A DNA stretch of 64,000 nt from Thermoplasmatota archaeon. Lineage in GTDB: Archaea > Thermoplasmatota > E2 > JACPAO01 > JAHFTW01. The position numbers and the translations under genes are program-made. The notes under the pieces were generated by a model that was not told where the DNA came from, searched no databases, and was given only the letters and a program-made list of their open reading frames with translations. The stretch covers positions 192,001 through 256,000 of the forward strand of contig JBFIHX010000002.1 in assembly GCA_041601615.1 (NCBI GenBank), read 5' to 3'. Position 1 is the stretch's first letter. Every line of letters starts with the position of its first letter. This document shows, in pieces, positions 9,725 to 18,328 of the stretch.

Positions 9725-10384
9725 GTGACCCGAGTCCGCGTCGAATCATTCAGCGTTTCCCAGGATGGGTTCGGAGCCGGCCCCAACCAAAGCATCGATC
9801 AACCCTTGGGAACCGGAGGCGAGCAACTCCATGCGTGGGCGATGCAAACCAAAACATTCCACGAACGCGTGTTGGGGGCGCAAGGTGGAACCGAAGGCAT
9901 TGACGATCGCTTCGCCCAGCGGGGGTTCGACAACATCGGTGCGTGGATTCTGGGTCGCAACATGTTTACCCCCAGCCGAGGCCCCTGGCCCGACGACGAC
10001 TGGAAGGGCTGGTGGGGCGACAATCCACCCTACCGCGCGCCTACCTTCACCCTAACCCACCATGAACGCGACCCGATTGAGATGGAGGGCGGTACCACGT
10101 TCTACTTTGTCACGGGCGGAATCAACGATGCGCTACGATTGGCCACGGAGGCTGCGGGAGCCAAAGATGTCCGCATTGGCGGCGGCCCGAACACCATTCG
10201 CCAATTCTTGGAGGCATCCTTGATTGACGAAATGCACATCGCTGTCGCACAGGTTGAGCTTGGCCGCGGTGAGCCGCTCTGGCCCGGTGAAAGCGCCTTG
10301 ATCCCCGGCTACGATTGCGTCGAAAATACCCAGGGCGAACTTGCGAGGCACCGAATCTTCAAACGGCGCGAGGCCGCCAACTAG
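9725..10384 (+). CDS. RibD C-terminal/DHFR-like protein
   Basis: S.DGFGAGP.QS, ILGRNMF and IGGG..T..Q.L.A.LIDE; GTG at 9725. Confidence 0.85.
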   Translation: MTRVRVESFSVSQDGFGAGPNQSIDQPLGTGGEQLHAWAMQTKTFHERVLGAQGGTEGIDDRFAQRGFDNIGAWILGRNMFTPSRGPWPDDDWKGWWGDNPPYRAPTFTLTHHERDPIEMEGGTTFYFVTGGINDALRLATEAAGAKDVRIGGGPNTIRQFLEASLIDEMHIAVAQVELGRGEPLWPGESALIPGYDCVENTQGELARHRIFKRREAAN

Positions 10385-10474
10385 GCCCGAATTAACATTT
10401 GCAATTCGAAGATTATCACTCGATTTGTTCCTTTTGGAGCCCGAAAGAATTCCACCGATTCAATGGAAATTCTC

Positions 10475-11200
10475 TCAGCGAACCTTGTAGTACGTCGCGT
10501 TGAGCTTCGACTCGTAGCGAGGCTTGTGGCGGGTCAGGAACCAGTAGGCCAGCCAGGTAACGGCAAGACTCTGCCAGAGCGTGATGATGCCGAGCCAGTT
10601 GATCAATTCCGAGGGGCTCGGAGTTACACCACTTTCGCTGAGCCAGTGGAAGACACCCTTCAGGGGCTGCACTTCGTAGGCGTAGATCACGTCGGCGATT
10701 CCGACCATGCTCATCCACCAGATGAACGCCAGTCCGAAGACACCCCATGCCGCGGGAGTGGCGTCCTCGACGGGACGCTTGGTTTTGCCGCGTCCAGCGA
10801 AGAACGGGATCACCATGAGCACCACGAAGGCGACGTTGACGAGGATGGTTCCGAGGAACTTGGTGTCGACCAAGGGGTCGGGGCCCCAGGGCAGGGGGTT
10901 GCCGATGGGCCACTTTGCCAAGAAGATCGGACCGAGCGACCACAGCAGGTACCAGTCCGGTTTGACGAACGTGGGCGGCTTGGTCATGTCGTAGGCCGCG
11001 TGCAGGGGCGGGCCCGCGACGGCAATCATCAGGAAGATGACGCCCATCATGAACGCGATGATGGCGCCGTCACGAACGAGTTCGTCCATGAGCGGGATGC
11101 CTTCGATGGCCTTCTGTTTCTTGGGAGGTCCGCGCTGGGCTTCCAGCTTCTCCTTGGCTTCGATGTAGAGGTTGGTGAGTTCGCCGATTTTCATCATCAC
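10475..11200 (-). CDS. petD: Cytochrome b C-terminal subunit (subunit IV-like)
   Basis: PDWY Qo-site motif (PEWY variant); multiple TM segments. Confidence 0.8.
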   Translation of the reverse strand: MMMKIGELTNLYIEAKEKLEAQRGPPKKQKAIEGIPLMDELVRDGAIIAFMMGVIFLMIAVAGPPLHAAYDMTKPPTFVKPDWYLLWSLGPIFLAKWPIGNPLPWGPDPLVDTKFLGTILVNVAFVVLMVIPFFAGRGKTKRPVEDATPAAWGVFGLAFIWWMSMVGIADVIYAYEVQPLKGVFHWLSESGVTPSPSELINWLGIITLWQSLAVTWLAYWFLTRHKPRYESKLNATYYKVR

Positions 11201-11207
11201 ACCTCGA

Positions 11208-12011
11208 TCAGTGGGGTTCCGCCATCCCTTGCAGCCACACGATGAACATATGCAGCACCATGAGTCCGAACAGAATGAACGGCAGGACCCAGACGTGCAG
11301 GACGTACATGCGCGGAATCAGGCCCGCGTTGATGTCTGTGCCACTGAACATCAGCTTGGATAGTGTCTCTCCGAGCAGCGGGATGCTGCCGAACATATTC
11401 TGGCCAATGGTCGCAGCTGCGATGGCCAATTGGTCGGCGGGCAGGAGGTAGCCGGAGTAGGCAAAGAAGAACGTGATGCCGAGCAGGGCAACACCGAGCA
11501 CCCAGTTGAGTTCGCGGGGCTTCTTGTAGGCGCCCACGAAGTAGACGCGCATCATGTGCAGGAACACGCAGGCGACCATCAAGTGGGCGCCCCAGTGGTG
11601 CACGCCACGCAGCACGTACCCGAGGGTGACATCGTTCATGATGAAATCCACGGAGTCACGCGCCGTGAACACTTCCTGTGGCTCGTAGTGGGGAATGTAG
11701 TACAGCGCCAAGATGACGCCGCTGATGGTCAGAATCAGGAACGAAACGAAGGCCAAACCGCCCAGACAGTACAGGGGATACCAGTACCAGATGGTGCGAA
11801 GCTTGTAGCGCTCGGTGTGGCTGCGGGGCAGCTCACGGTTGATGCTGAGGCTTGCGCGCTTGGCGGCTTCGATGTGGTTGCGAATCCGAATGGAGTCGTC
11901 CAGGTACGCCAGCATCATCAGGTAGAAGCGGGCGAGGAACCCGAGCTTCTTCTGCTTGGCAAGCTCCTCGTAGGCGCGTTTGCCTTGCTTGTGGGCTCGT
12001 TCTTCGCTCAT
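11208..12011 (-). CDS. petB: Cytochrome b N-terminal (b6-like) subunit
   Basis: Heme ligands RGVHHWGAH..FLHMMR and LHVW..LHMF; SGYLLP. Confidence 0.9.
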   Translation of the reverse strand: MSEERAHKQGKRAYEELAKQKKLGFLARFYLMMLAYLDDSIRIRNHIEAAKRASLSINRELPRSHTERYKLRTIWYWYPLYCLGGLAFVSFLILTISGVILALYYIPHYEPQEVFTARDSVDFIMNDVTLGYVLRGVHHWGAHLMVACVFLHMMRVYFVGAYKKPRELNWVLGVALLGITFFFAYSGYLLPADQLAIAAATIGQNMFGSIPLLGETLSKLMFSGTDINAGLIPRMYVLHVWVLPFILFGLMVLHMFIVWLQGMAEPH

Positions 12012-12814
12012 GCGGACCATCCAGGATTGCGGATTTGGAAGGAGGTGCCCGAGGGAGCAGTGGCGCTGGCGCCGTTTGCTTCCAGGGGCCCGTTTTGAAT
12101 GTGCTTGACTTCGCCGTGCACCACTTCGGTGAATGCGGTGCCGGTGGTTTCGTCGTTCCAGCCCTTGACGTCAAATTCGATGACGTTGAGGGGGGCGGGC
12201 GGCGGTGTGCCTGGGACGTTCAGCGCGAGGTTGTAGATGTCGTACTGGCCCTGGTGGCAGGGGCAGAGGACTCGACCATCATTGAAGCCGTCTTCGTCGT
12301 AGTCGGGGACATCCAGCGATCCGCCGAGGTCGCCGTTCCATCCAATGGTGCAGCCAAGGTGCTTGCACTTGCCGTCGTAGACTACGATGGCGTGCTCGGG
12401 TTCCGTGGGGTGCTGAATGGCGAATTGCGCGGTGTTGTAGCCGCGCTTCTTGGTGGATGCTTCCAGGGTTGCGCGCTTGACTTTGTACACAACGGCGGGC
12501 AGGAAGTTCCATTCCGCTGTGATGACCACGGGGGGGTCACCGGCGAGGTCGCCGAGCGTGATGGGGATCTTCGCGTTTGTTTGCGGATCGCGGCGCACCA
12601 CGGGGCCAGGACCGACGCCACCCAAGGCATCGGGGGCAATGGCCGGCAGAAGTTGGGCCATGGTTCCGGGGAGGATGGCGCCGACGACGGCGAGGCGCAC
12701 GGTGTTGCGGATGAATTCGCGGCGCGACAGGAGGCTGGGCGCGGCTTCTTCCTTCTCGGGGCGTTGGTCTTCGCGGCCTGCGTATGCGTCGTAGGCTCGG
12801 TTTGCGCGGTTCAT
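12008..12814 (-). CDS. Rieske [2Fe-2S] protein with Tat signal
   Basis: SRREFI twin-Arg; CKHLGC and CPCH; TAATG overlap with the upstream gene. Confidence 0.9.
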   Translation of the reverse strand: MNRANRAYDAYAGREDQRPEKEEAAPSLLSRREFIRNTVRLAVVGAILPGTMAQLLPAIAPDALGGVGPGPVVRRDPQTNAKIPITLGDLAGDPPVVITAEWNFLPAVVYKVKRATLEASTKKRGYNTAQFAIQHPTEPEHAIVVYDGKCKHLGCTIGWNGDLGGSLDVPDYDEDGFNDGRVLCPCHQGQYDIYNLALNVPGTPPPAPLNVIEFDVKGWNDETTGTAFTEVVHGEVKHIQNGPLEANGASATAPSGTSFQIRNPGWSA

Positions 12815-13185
12815 TAGAGTTGCACCCCCTCGTCTTCCCACTTCCTGAAGCGGCGCTTGGCTATGGTGACGTGGTCCATGAAGAAGCGCTGGTACAGGAA
12901 GACGATGAAGGAGAGATTGAAGAAAATGCCCGCAAGCCACAGACTGATGACTTGTTGCTCGGACTTCAGGACGGAGCCCATGAAGGACGCCTTGATGGCG
13001 GGGTCCATTTCACTGGCTAGGTTTGCGCCTTTGAAGATGGCGTCGAAGACCAGGAACATCAGCACGAACTCGATGAGTGTCAGTGCTACGATGCACAAGC
13101 CGATGAACGCCGGCCGTTCGGCAGGAGTGGTCCGGATGGTATCTCCGGGCGTCTTGTTGGTCTGAATCTCAAGGCCCATGGTCAC
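12814..13185 (-). CDS. Two-TM small membrane protein in the Rieske/cytochrome b operon
   Basis: Two hydrophobic helices; overlaps both neighbours. Confidence 0.7.
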   Translation of the reverse strand: MTMGLEIQTNKTPGDTIRTTPAERPAFIGLCIVALTLIEFVLMFLVFDAIFKGANLASEMDPAIKASFMGSVLKSEQQVISLWLAGIFFNLSFIVFLYQRFFMDHVTIAKRRFRKWEDEGVQL

Positions 13186-13931
13186 CGGTCCTTTTGGTCC
13201 GTGTTGTGGGGGTTGACGAACTTGAGGTAGACGAAGGAGAACATGATGACGAGAATCATGCTCGCGAGGGCCACCAAGCCGAGCCAGTATTGGGGCAGAG
13301 CCAGTCCGTAGTGTTGTTCGTGCTCCTCGGGGGCGGCGCCAAGTTGGGCGCCGTGGTCATCGGTGAGCGCGAAGAAGGAGCGGTAGACGTTGTCGCCTTC
13401 GTCGGGCGAGAAGCTGCCGTCCACGTCGTTGACGAGGAGTTGGAAGGCGATGGCGCCCTCGGCAGGGGCGGTCCAGGTGAAGGTCCAGGAGGTCTGGGTT
13501 GCGTCCGTGTGGCTGACTTCCTTGTCGCCGCCTGTCACTTGCACGCCGGAGCCTTCAGCGGCCTCGAACTTGCCCTCGGAGGCGGACATGTAGAAGCCGG
13601 CGTGGTTGGCCGCTTCGGGGTTGATTTCGTCCATCAGGGTGATGGTGAATGTGTAGACGGCGTCGTGTTCGTAGACGCTGCCGGTCAGGTCGTTGCCCTC
13701 GGCGTCCGTCAGGGTCCACGAGACCTTGTTTTCGGTGGCCGCGAAGCTGTGTTCGCCGTGGCAAGAGGTGCAGCCGGATTCGTTGAAGTCCGTGGGCCAC
13801 GCGGGGTTTTCGGAGTTCATGCCGTTGCTGCTGCCAAAGACACTGGGTGCGTACGCAAAGAGCAGTGCCAGGACGACAAGCGCCACAGGAGTGGCCTTTT
13901 GAAGGACCCTGGCCCCCGACAGACGGTTCAC
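13182..13931 (-). CDS. Exported CxxCH (c-type heme motif) Reeler-like protein with C-terminal membrane anchor
   Basis: Signal peptide, GCTSCHG, beta-rich domain with SH...W.F.W.AP, C-terminal TM; GTG at 13931 is about 25 nt from TTATAT. Confidence 0.7.
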   Translation of the reverse strand: MNRLSGARVLQKATPVALVVLALLFAYAPSVFGSSNGMNSENPAWPTDFNESGCTSCHGEHSFAATENKVSWTLTDAEGNDLTGSVYEHDAVYTFTITLMDEINPEAANHAGFYMSASEGKFEAAEGSGVQVTGGDKEVSHTDATQTSWTFTWTAPAEGAIAFQLLVNDVDGSFSPDEGDNVYRSFFALTDDHGAQLGAAPEEHEQHYGLALPQYWLGLVALASMILVIMFSFVYLKFVNPHNTDQKDR

Positions 13932-13952
13932 AGGCGCGCCAAGAAGGGGTGT

Positions 13953-13960
13953 GATATAAC
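13953..13960 (-). promoter_or_regulatory. Archaeal TATA-like box of the bc-complex operon
   Basis: GTTATATC 22-29 nt upstream of GTG 13931 in a GC-rich context. Confidence 0.5.
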
Positions 13961-14187
13961 CGGTGCGGGGGAGTGTTCTCGGAGAGCATGGGTCCCTGGC
14001 GGCGGCTTCGGTGGGTGCTGTGGGCGATATCAGTCCATCCTTGGGGCGTGGGTGCGTCGATCGGGGGGTGCAGGGGCCGGGATTTTTCGCCAGGATTTGA
14101 CCATGTGAATTCACGCCGAAATCCGCCAGCCATCGGAGCTCTCAGGAGGGGCGCCGAAATCCACCTAACGTGAAAATGGCGTGAATT

Positions 14188-15633
14188 TCACGCAGGTGGC
14201 ACTTGGGCGAGGGCGTCCCGCAAGAGTTTTCCTTTCAGGGCGCCGCTGAGTTCGGCAAAAAACGCGCAGTGGCTGATTTCTTTGGGCCACTGCTTGCGGA
14301 GTCGTAGGCGCGAGCGTTCGATGCTTCGCCAGTACGCATACACCGAGAGCACGAGGAATGCGCCGGCGTAGCCAAAGTGTCGCTTGACCATGCCTGGAGC
14401 TTGAGAGCGCCCCATGAATGCGCCATGGCGCATGAACAACGATTCACATGCCCACCTCCGAGCATAAATGTAGCAAAACCAGTGGGCATTGGCGCGAGTG
14501 ACAGGAAGATTGCTGTAGAATGCAATCCCCCGAATCGGAATCTCAGCGTCGCCAGGCGTGACGACTGCCACGGACATCTCACTGGCAATGTCCGAGCGAA
14601 ATTCGTTGCGGCTGTAAACGAAGCCCAGCATGTGCTGCTTCTTCGGGTCGTTCTCACTCGTGTAGGCTTGTTCGGAGAAGTACAGCAATTCATGGGCTTC
14701 CGGCAAGACCTTGGCGTCGCCATTGGCCCAAGCTTCGCGCATGGCGAGTACGACTTTCGCGTAGCGCTTCTGGGGCCCGATGATGTAGACGCCGCGCGGA
14801 TCTGCGTAATCACGCAAAAGTGCCAAGCGATCGTAGGCGCCAGTGAATTCCTTGTCCAGTAGGATGACCGAGGGATCTCGGTAGAGGCCGTCCAGTGCTT
14901 CGACGAGGAGCATCATCTGCTTCTCCTGGGTCGTGTTGCGGTGAATAACGGCCAAAGGGAAGCATTCGCCAGTCACTGCATGGTGGATGGTGAGGTGCAA
15001 CCATTCGTGCGCCCGCCACGTGCCCTTCCACTCCTGGATGGATTTGTTGGCAATCTTGTCGCCGATTTCCGTCTTCTTAGACTTCACGCCTGGGCATGTC
15101 ATACGCCCGCCCAGGCTCAAGCGATGAACGTAATCCTCTTCGATGTTGGATTGGTTGCTGCCGACTCCATAGAAGGGGCGCTTGCGGCCATCAATCGTCG
15201 CAAAGAGATCCTTGGATTGCCACTTCCGGTGCTTGATGGCATGGTTGGCGATTGCGAGCATGGGGGCGTGCAGTTGCCGGGCTACCTGGGTTGTGAGCTC
15301 AATCTCCGCTTCATAGCGCTCCTGCGGAGCAATTCCTTCGGGCGCCTCGGGCAGGATTTCGCTTCGAAGGACACTGGACAACGACGGAGTGATTCGGCGC
15401 GCCTGGGGCCAGTTAGCGTTCAATTGTTGCACCATTTGCCTGAGCTCTCGGTCGAGGGCCTGGTTGCTTCCGTACGGGTTGCCATTGGCCGTGATCCAGG
15501 TCATGATCCACGTGGCGGCATTTTCCTGTGCCGAGTAGTCGCGCGATTCTTTGAACCACGGCAACAACACCGTCAAGACGGCCTCCAAGGGCTTGCCCTT
15601 ATGGAGATACACGGCTGCGCCGTCGATGTTCAC
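14188..15633 (-). CDS. IS4/ISH3-like DDE transposase (divergent)
   Basis: ATIDG...PFYG (D1), LLDKEF (D2), Y..RW..ES.F (YREK-like E). Confidence 0.7.
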   Translation of the reverse strand: MNIDGAAVYLHKGKPLEAVLTVLLPWFKESRDYSAQENAATWIMTWITANGNPYGSNQALDRELRQMVQQLNANWPQARRITPSLSSVLRSEILPEAPEGIAPQERYEAEIELTTQVARQLHAPMLAIANHAIKHRKWQSKDLFATIDGRKRPFYGVGSNQSNIEEDYVHRLSLGGRMTCPGVKSKKTEIGDKIANKSIQEWKGTWRAHEWLHLTIHHAVTGECFPLAVIHRNTTQEKQMMLLVEALDGLYRDPSVILLDKEFTGAYDRLALLRDYADPRGVYIIGPQKRYAKVVLAMREAWANGDAKVLPEAHELLYFSEQAYTSENDPKKQHMLGFVYSRNEFRSDIASEMSVAVVTPGDAEIPIRGIAFYSNLPVTRANAHWFCYIYARRWACESLFMRHGAFMGRSQAPGMVKRHFGYAGAFLVLSVYAYWRSIERSRLRLRKQWPKEISHCAFFAELSGALKGKLLRDALAQVPPA

Positions 15634-16718
15634 AGATCCTCCACGAGTTGGAAACCCGCCTTTGTGACATCACTGGCATTGCCCGTTGTGAGGTTGATTC
15701 GGGGAACCTCGACGTCAGTCTCCACGAGCTTGTATTTCTTGCCGTCAATCGTCGCGCCGTTCCTCCTCCGGCCGCACTTGAATTGCCTCAAGTGGCCCAT
15801 CACGGCCGGGGACGCATCGTGTGCTGCGGTGTTCTCGTCCTTCCAGAATTCGAAGATGTCTGTATAGGTGCGGGCGTCGTCCCGCATGAACTTCAACACA
15901 CCCTCGCGCTTGCTGTTGGGGAGAATTTCCTTGGCTGCGCGTGGGGCCTTTTCGGACTTCAGGAGGTCCTTGCACGTCGTATACCATAGTAGGGCGGTGG
16001 GGGATCCAGTAACGGCCCCGGTCGTCGGGTTGAGCGTCATGGATTCGACGTTGCAGAGTGTCGGCGGGGCGGGCAAGGACATCATGGCCTCGGCCAAATC
16101 GATGTCCGCTATGGCCTCATTTGCCTGAGGTGCGACGCTGATGCGGGTCGGGCCTGTGCTGGCGGCCTTGGACCCCACCACGGCGATTTCTTCCGGAGTC
16201 GCCTCGCGAGGGGCAGGGATGAAAATTGGTTGCTTGGTCGGCTGTAGTTGCGTTACCGGGCCGCCAATGACGCGGATACAATCCTTGAGTTGGGGGTGAT
16301 TCATGTGGGCCCAGAGGCGAGCCGCAAGGAGGGGACGGTTGAGGTGGTGATCGTTGCCCGTGCACGCACGATCATCTGTTGTGAACCGGCAGTTCTTCGG
16401 GTGGACGCGCACCAGGCTCTCGGTTTGGTGGTGCCATTCGACGATGGCATGGAAACACCCCATGTTGTTCGTCACAATGACTCCGTTCACGAGGAACTTG
16501 GCAGCGACGCGCACGCCCTTCAGGAAGCCCTTCTTCGTGCATTGATCAGGATTGTACGCCTGGAGGACGCTAGTGCTCTCGAGTTCAACGGCCTTGATTT
16601 CGTCGCCGGCGGCGACGGCGAACGTGAACACCTTACCGCCCTCTGCATGGTCGTGGTGGGGCTCTAAGTCGGCGATACCGGCGAGTCGCCTGAGACGGGA
16701 TTCCTCGCTCATGTGCAT
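15630..16718 (-). CDS. Hypothetical protein translationally coupled to the transposase
   Basis: 362-aa ORF with GTGA overlap; no motif recognised. Confidence 0.65.
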   Translation of the reverse strand: MHMSEESRLRRLAGIADLEPHHDHAEGGKVFTFAVAAGDEIKAVELESTSVLQAYNPDQCTKKGFLKGVRVAAKFLVNGVIVTNNMGCFHAIVEWHHQTESLVRVHPKNCRFTTDDRACTGNDHHLNRPLLAARLWAHMNHPQLKDCIRVIGGPVTQLQPTKQPIFIPAPREATPEEIAVVGSKAASTGPTRISVAPQANEAIADIDLAEAMMSLPAPPTLCNVESMTLNPTTGAVTGSPTALLWYTTCKDLLKSEKAPRAAKEILPNSKREGVLKFMRDDARTYTDIFEFWKDENTAAHDASPAVMGHLRQFKCGRRRNGATIDGKKYKLVETDVEVPRINLTTGNASDVTKAGFQLVEDL

Positions 16719-17427
16719 ACCTCAGGGCCAGCATGAACGACGATGACGGCGACAGCAAGGCAAGAAACCAACTCTGATGTCACCAAATACCGTGAATCCG
16801 TTCCAATGAGACGGGGCGGCGTAATAGCGGGGGGGACGACGGCTCCCGTCGCCCACGAGACAAACAGGGTTTGGGCAATCCAAGTCCCTGCAAGCAAGTG
16901 AATGATCACCACCATTACAACGTCATCTGGGGAATCCCCATCAACGTCTTGGTTAGGCGGATCGGCTGGTTCTAGTGGGCTTGCCTGAATCAGTGCACCC
17001 GTGCGGGCCGCGTCATAGGTGGCGCGGCCCTCCGGGGTTGCGGAGTCTGTGTTCATGTTTTCGTTCCATGCACATCGACTTGGTCGGCTCAGCGGCAAAC
17101 TGAGTCGACCCCACCCCCCGGGAGCGAGATCGAAGACTCGGCGATGTGCAGAACCTTGACGGTCAGCATCACTACTAGAATGCTGCTACCACACCCCGAA
17201 ATTGCTCCGAATTTCGGTTTCTCGCGAAACTGGTATTAATGACCACCGTCGAGCAAACCGCAATTGCTGCCGAGCAAAACCCTGGCACGGACAGCAGGTT
17301 TCCGCAGCTTCTGCAGAGGCCCCCCTCTCCCCTCCCTAAGTGTAGGGCGCCATTAGCCCCCCATATTGGGGAATCCACACACAGTATCATTGGCAACCTG
17401 CAAATCCCCCATCAGATGGCAGATGCC

Positions 17428-17586
17428 ATGACAACCAAACCCCGCCTCATCGACGGCCAAAACCGCGTCGCCCTCCCACGTGAGGTCCTTGACGCACTCG
17501 GCGTTGAACGCGGGGATCACGTGGCCTTTGAGGTTAGTGGAAACCGAGTCCGATTACTTCGTGCTACCTGGAGGACCGAACCCTAA
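17428..17586 (+). CDS. AbrB/MazE/SpoVT family DNA-binding protein
   Basis: IDGQNRVALPREV.DALG...GD.V.F. Confidence 0.8.
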   Translation: MTTKPRLIDGQNRVALPREVLDALGVERGDHVAFEVSGNRVRLLRATWRTEP

Positions 17587-17688
17587 CAATTATGGGTGCC
17601 GCAATCTTCCCAAACAGAGCGACTGCCTTCAATGGGAAAACCCCCTCGGTCCTTGGGGTATCAACGCAGGCATTAGGGGATTCACCAC

Positions 17689-18327
17689 GTGAGCGACTCA
17701 GAACAAGAAAGCTACCTTGCACTCTTTGACGTGCTTGGATTCGCATCTAAGATCAAAACCTCGTCCATCCAGGACATGATTTCTAGCCTTCAACACCTTG
17801 AATACATCGCCGGCACTAAAGGCGTCCAAAGCATCGTGTTCAGCGACACGGTCCTCCTCTACACAATTGGCACTAACCCACAAGATCTCTACGAACTCGT
17901 CGAGCATTGCTGTAAACTCGTCGCCGAGTGCAACCGCAACGACCTCATGCTCCGCGGCGCCATCACTCGAGGCGAATTTTACCACGAAAGACAAATTTTC
18001 CTGGGCAAAGCAATGGTCACTGCCTATTACCTCGAACAAAGCCAAGAGTGGATGGGCGCCGTCATGGACCGCGTTTTAGTTGACAAGTTAGACCATAGTG
18101 ACAATCCAGGAGAGCAACGCTGCTGGAAGGAACTTCGTGACCATCAGCTACTGATTCCTTACAGGGCGCCGCTCAAGGACGGACCAGCCGGCAACTTATG
18201 GTGCCTCGGCTGGCCAAAATACGGCGACAAACAACGAAGAATAGCACCCGCCGCACCAGATGATGCGCACCGAAAGGCCGCCAATACGGACGAATTCGTG
18301 GAAAAATACAAGGAATGGTGCATCTAA
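17689..18327 (+). CDS. Class III nucleotidyl cyclase-like protein
   Basis: YLALFDVLGF, FSDTV, LRGAITRGEF and FLGKAMV.AY.LE motifs. Confidence 0.65.
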   Translation: MSDSEQESYLALFDVLGFASKIKTSSIQDMISSLQHLEYIAGTKGVQSIVFSDTVLLYTIGTNPQDLYELVEHCCKLVAECNRNDLMLRGAITRGEFYHERQIFLGKAMVTAYYLEQSQEWMGAVMDRVLVDKLDHSDNPGEQRCWKELRDHQLLIPYRAPLKDGPAGNLWCLGWPKYGDKQRRIAPAAPDDAHRKAANTDEFVEKYKEWCI

Positions 18328-18328
18328 C

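Noticed and set aside
9714-9725. 12-bp match CATCGGACTCCG to 29086-29097
   Set aside because: Isolated 12-mer repeats are expected by chance in 64 kb, and a core respiratory operon lies between the copies
16709-17098. 129-aa ORF upstream of the transposase partner
   Set aside because: No recognisable features and an uncertain start; cannot be supported as a gene
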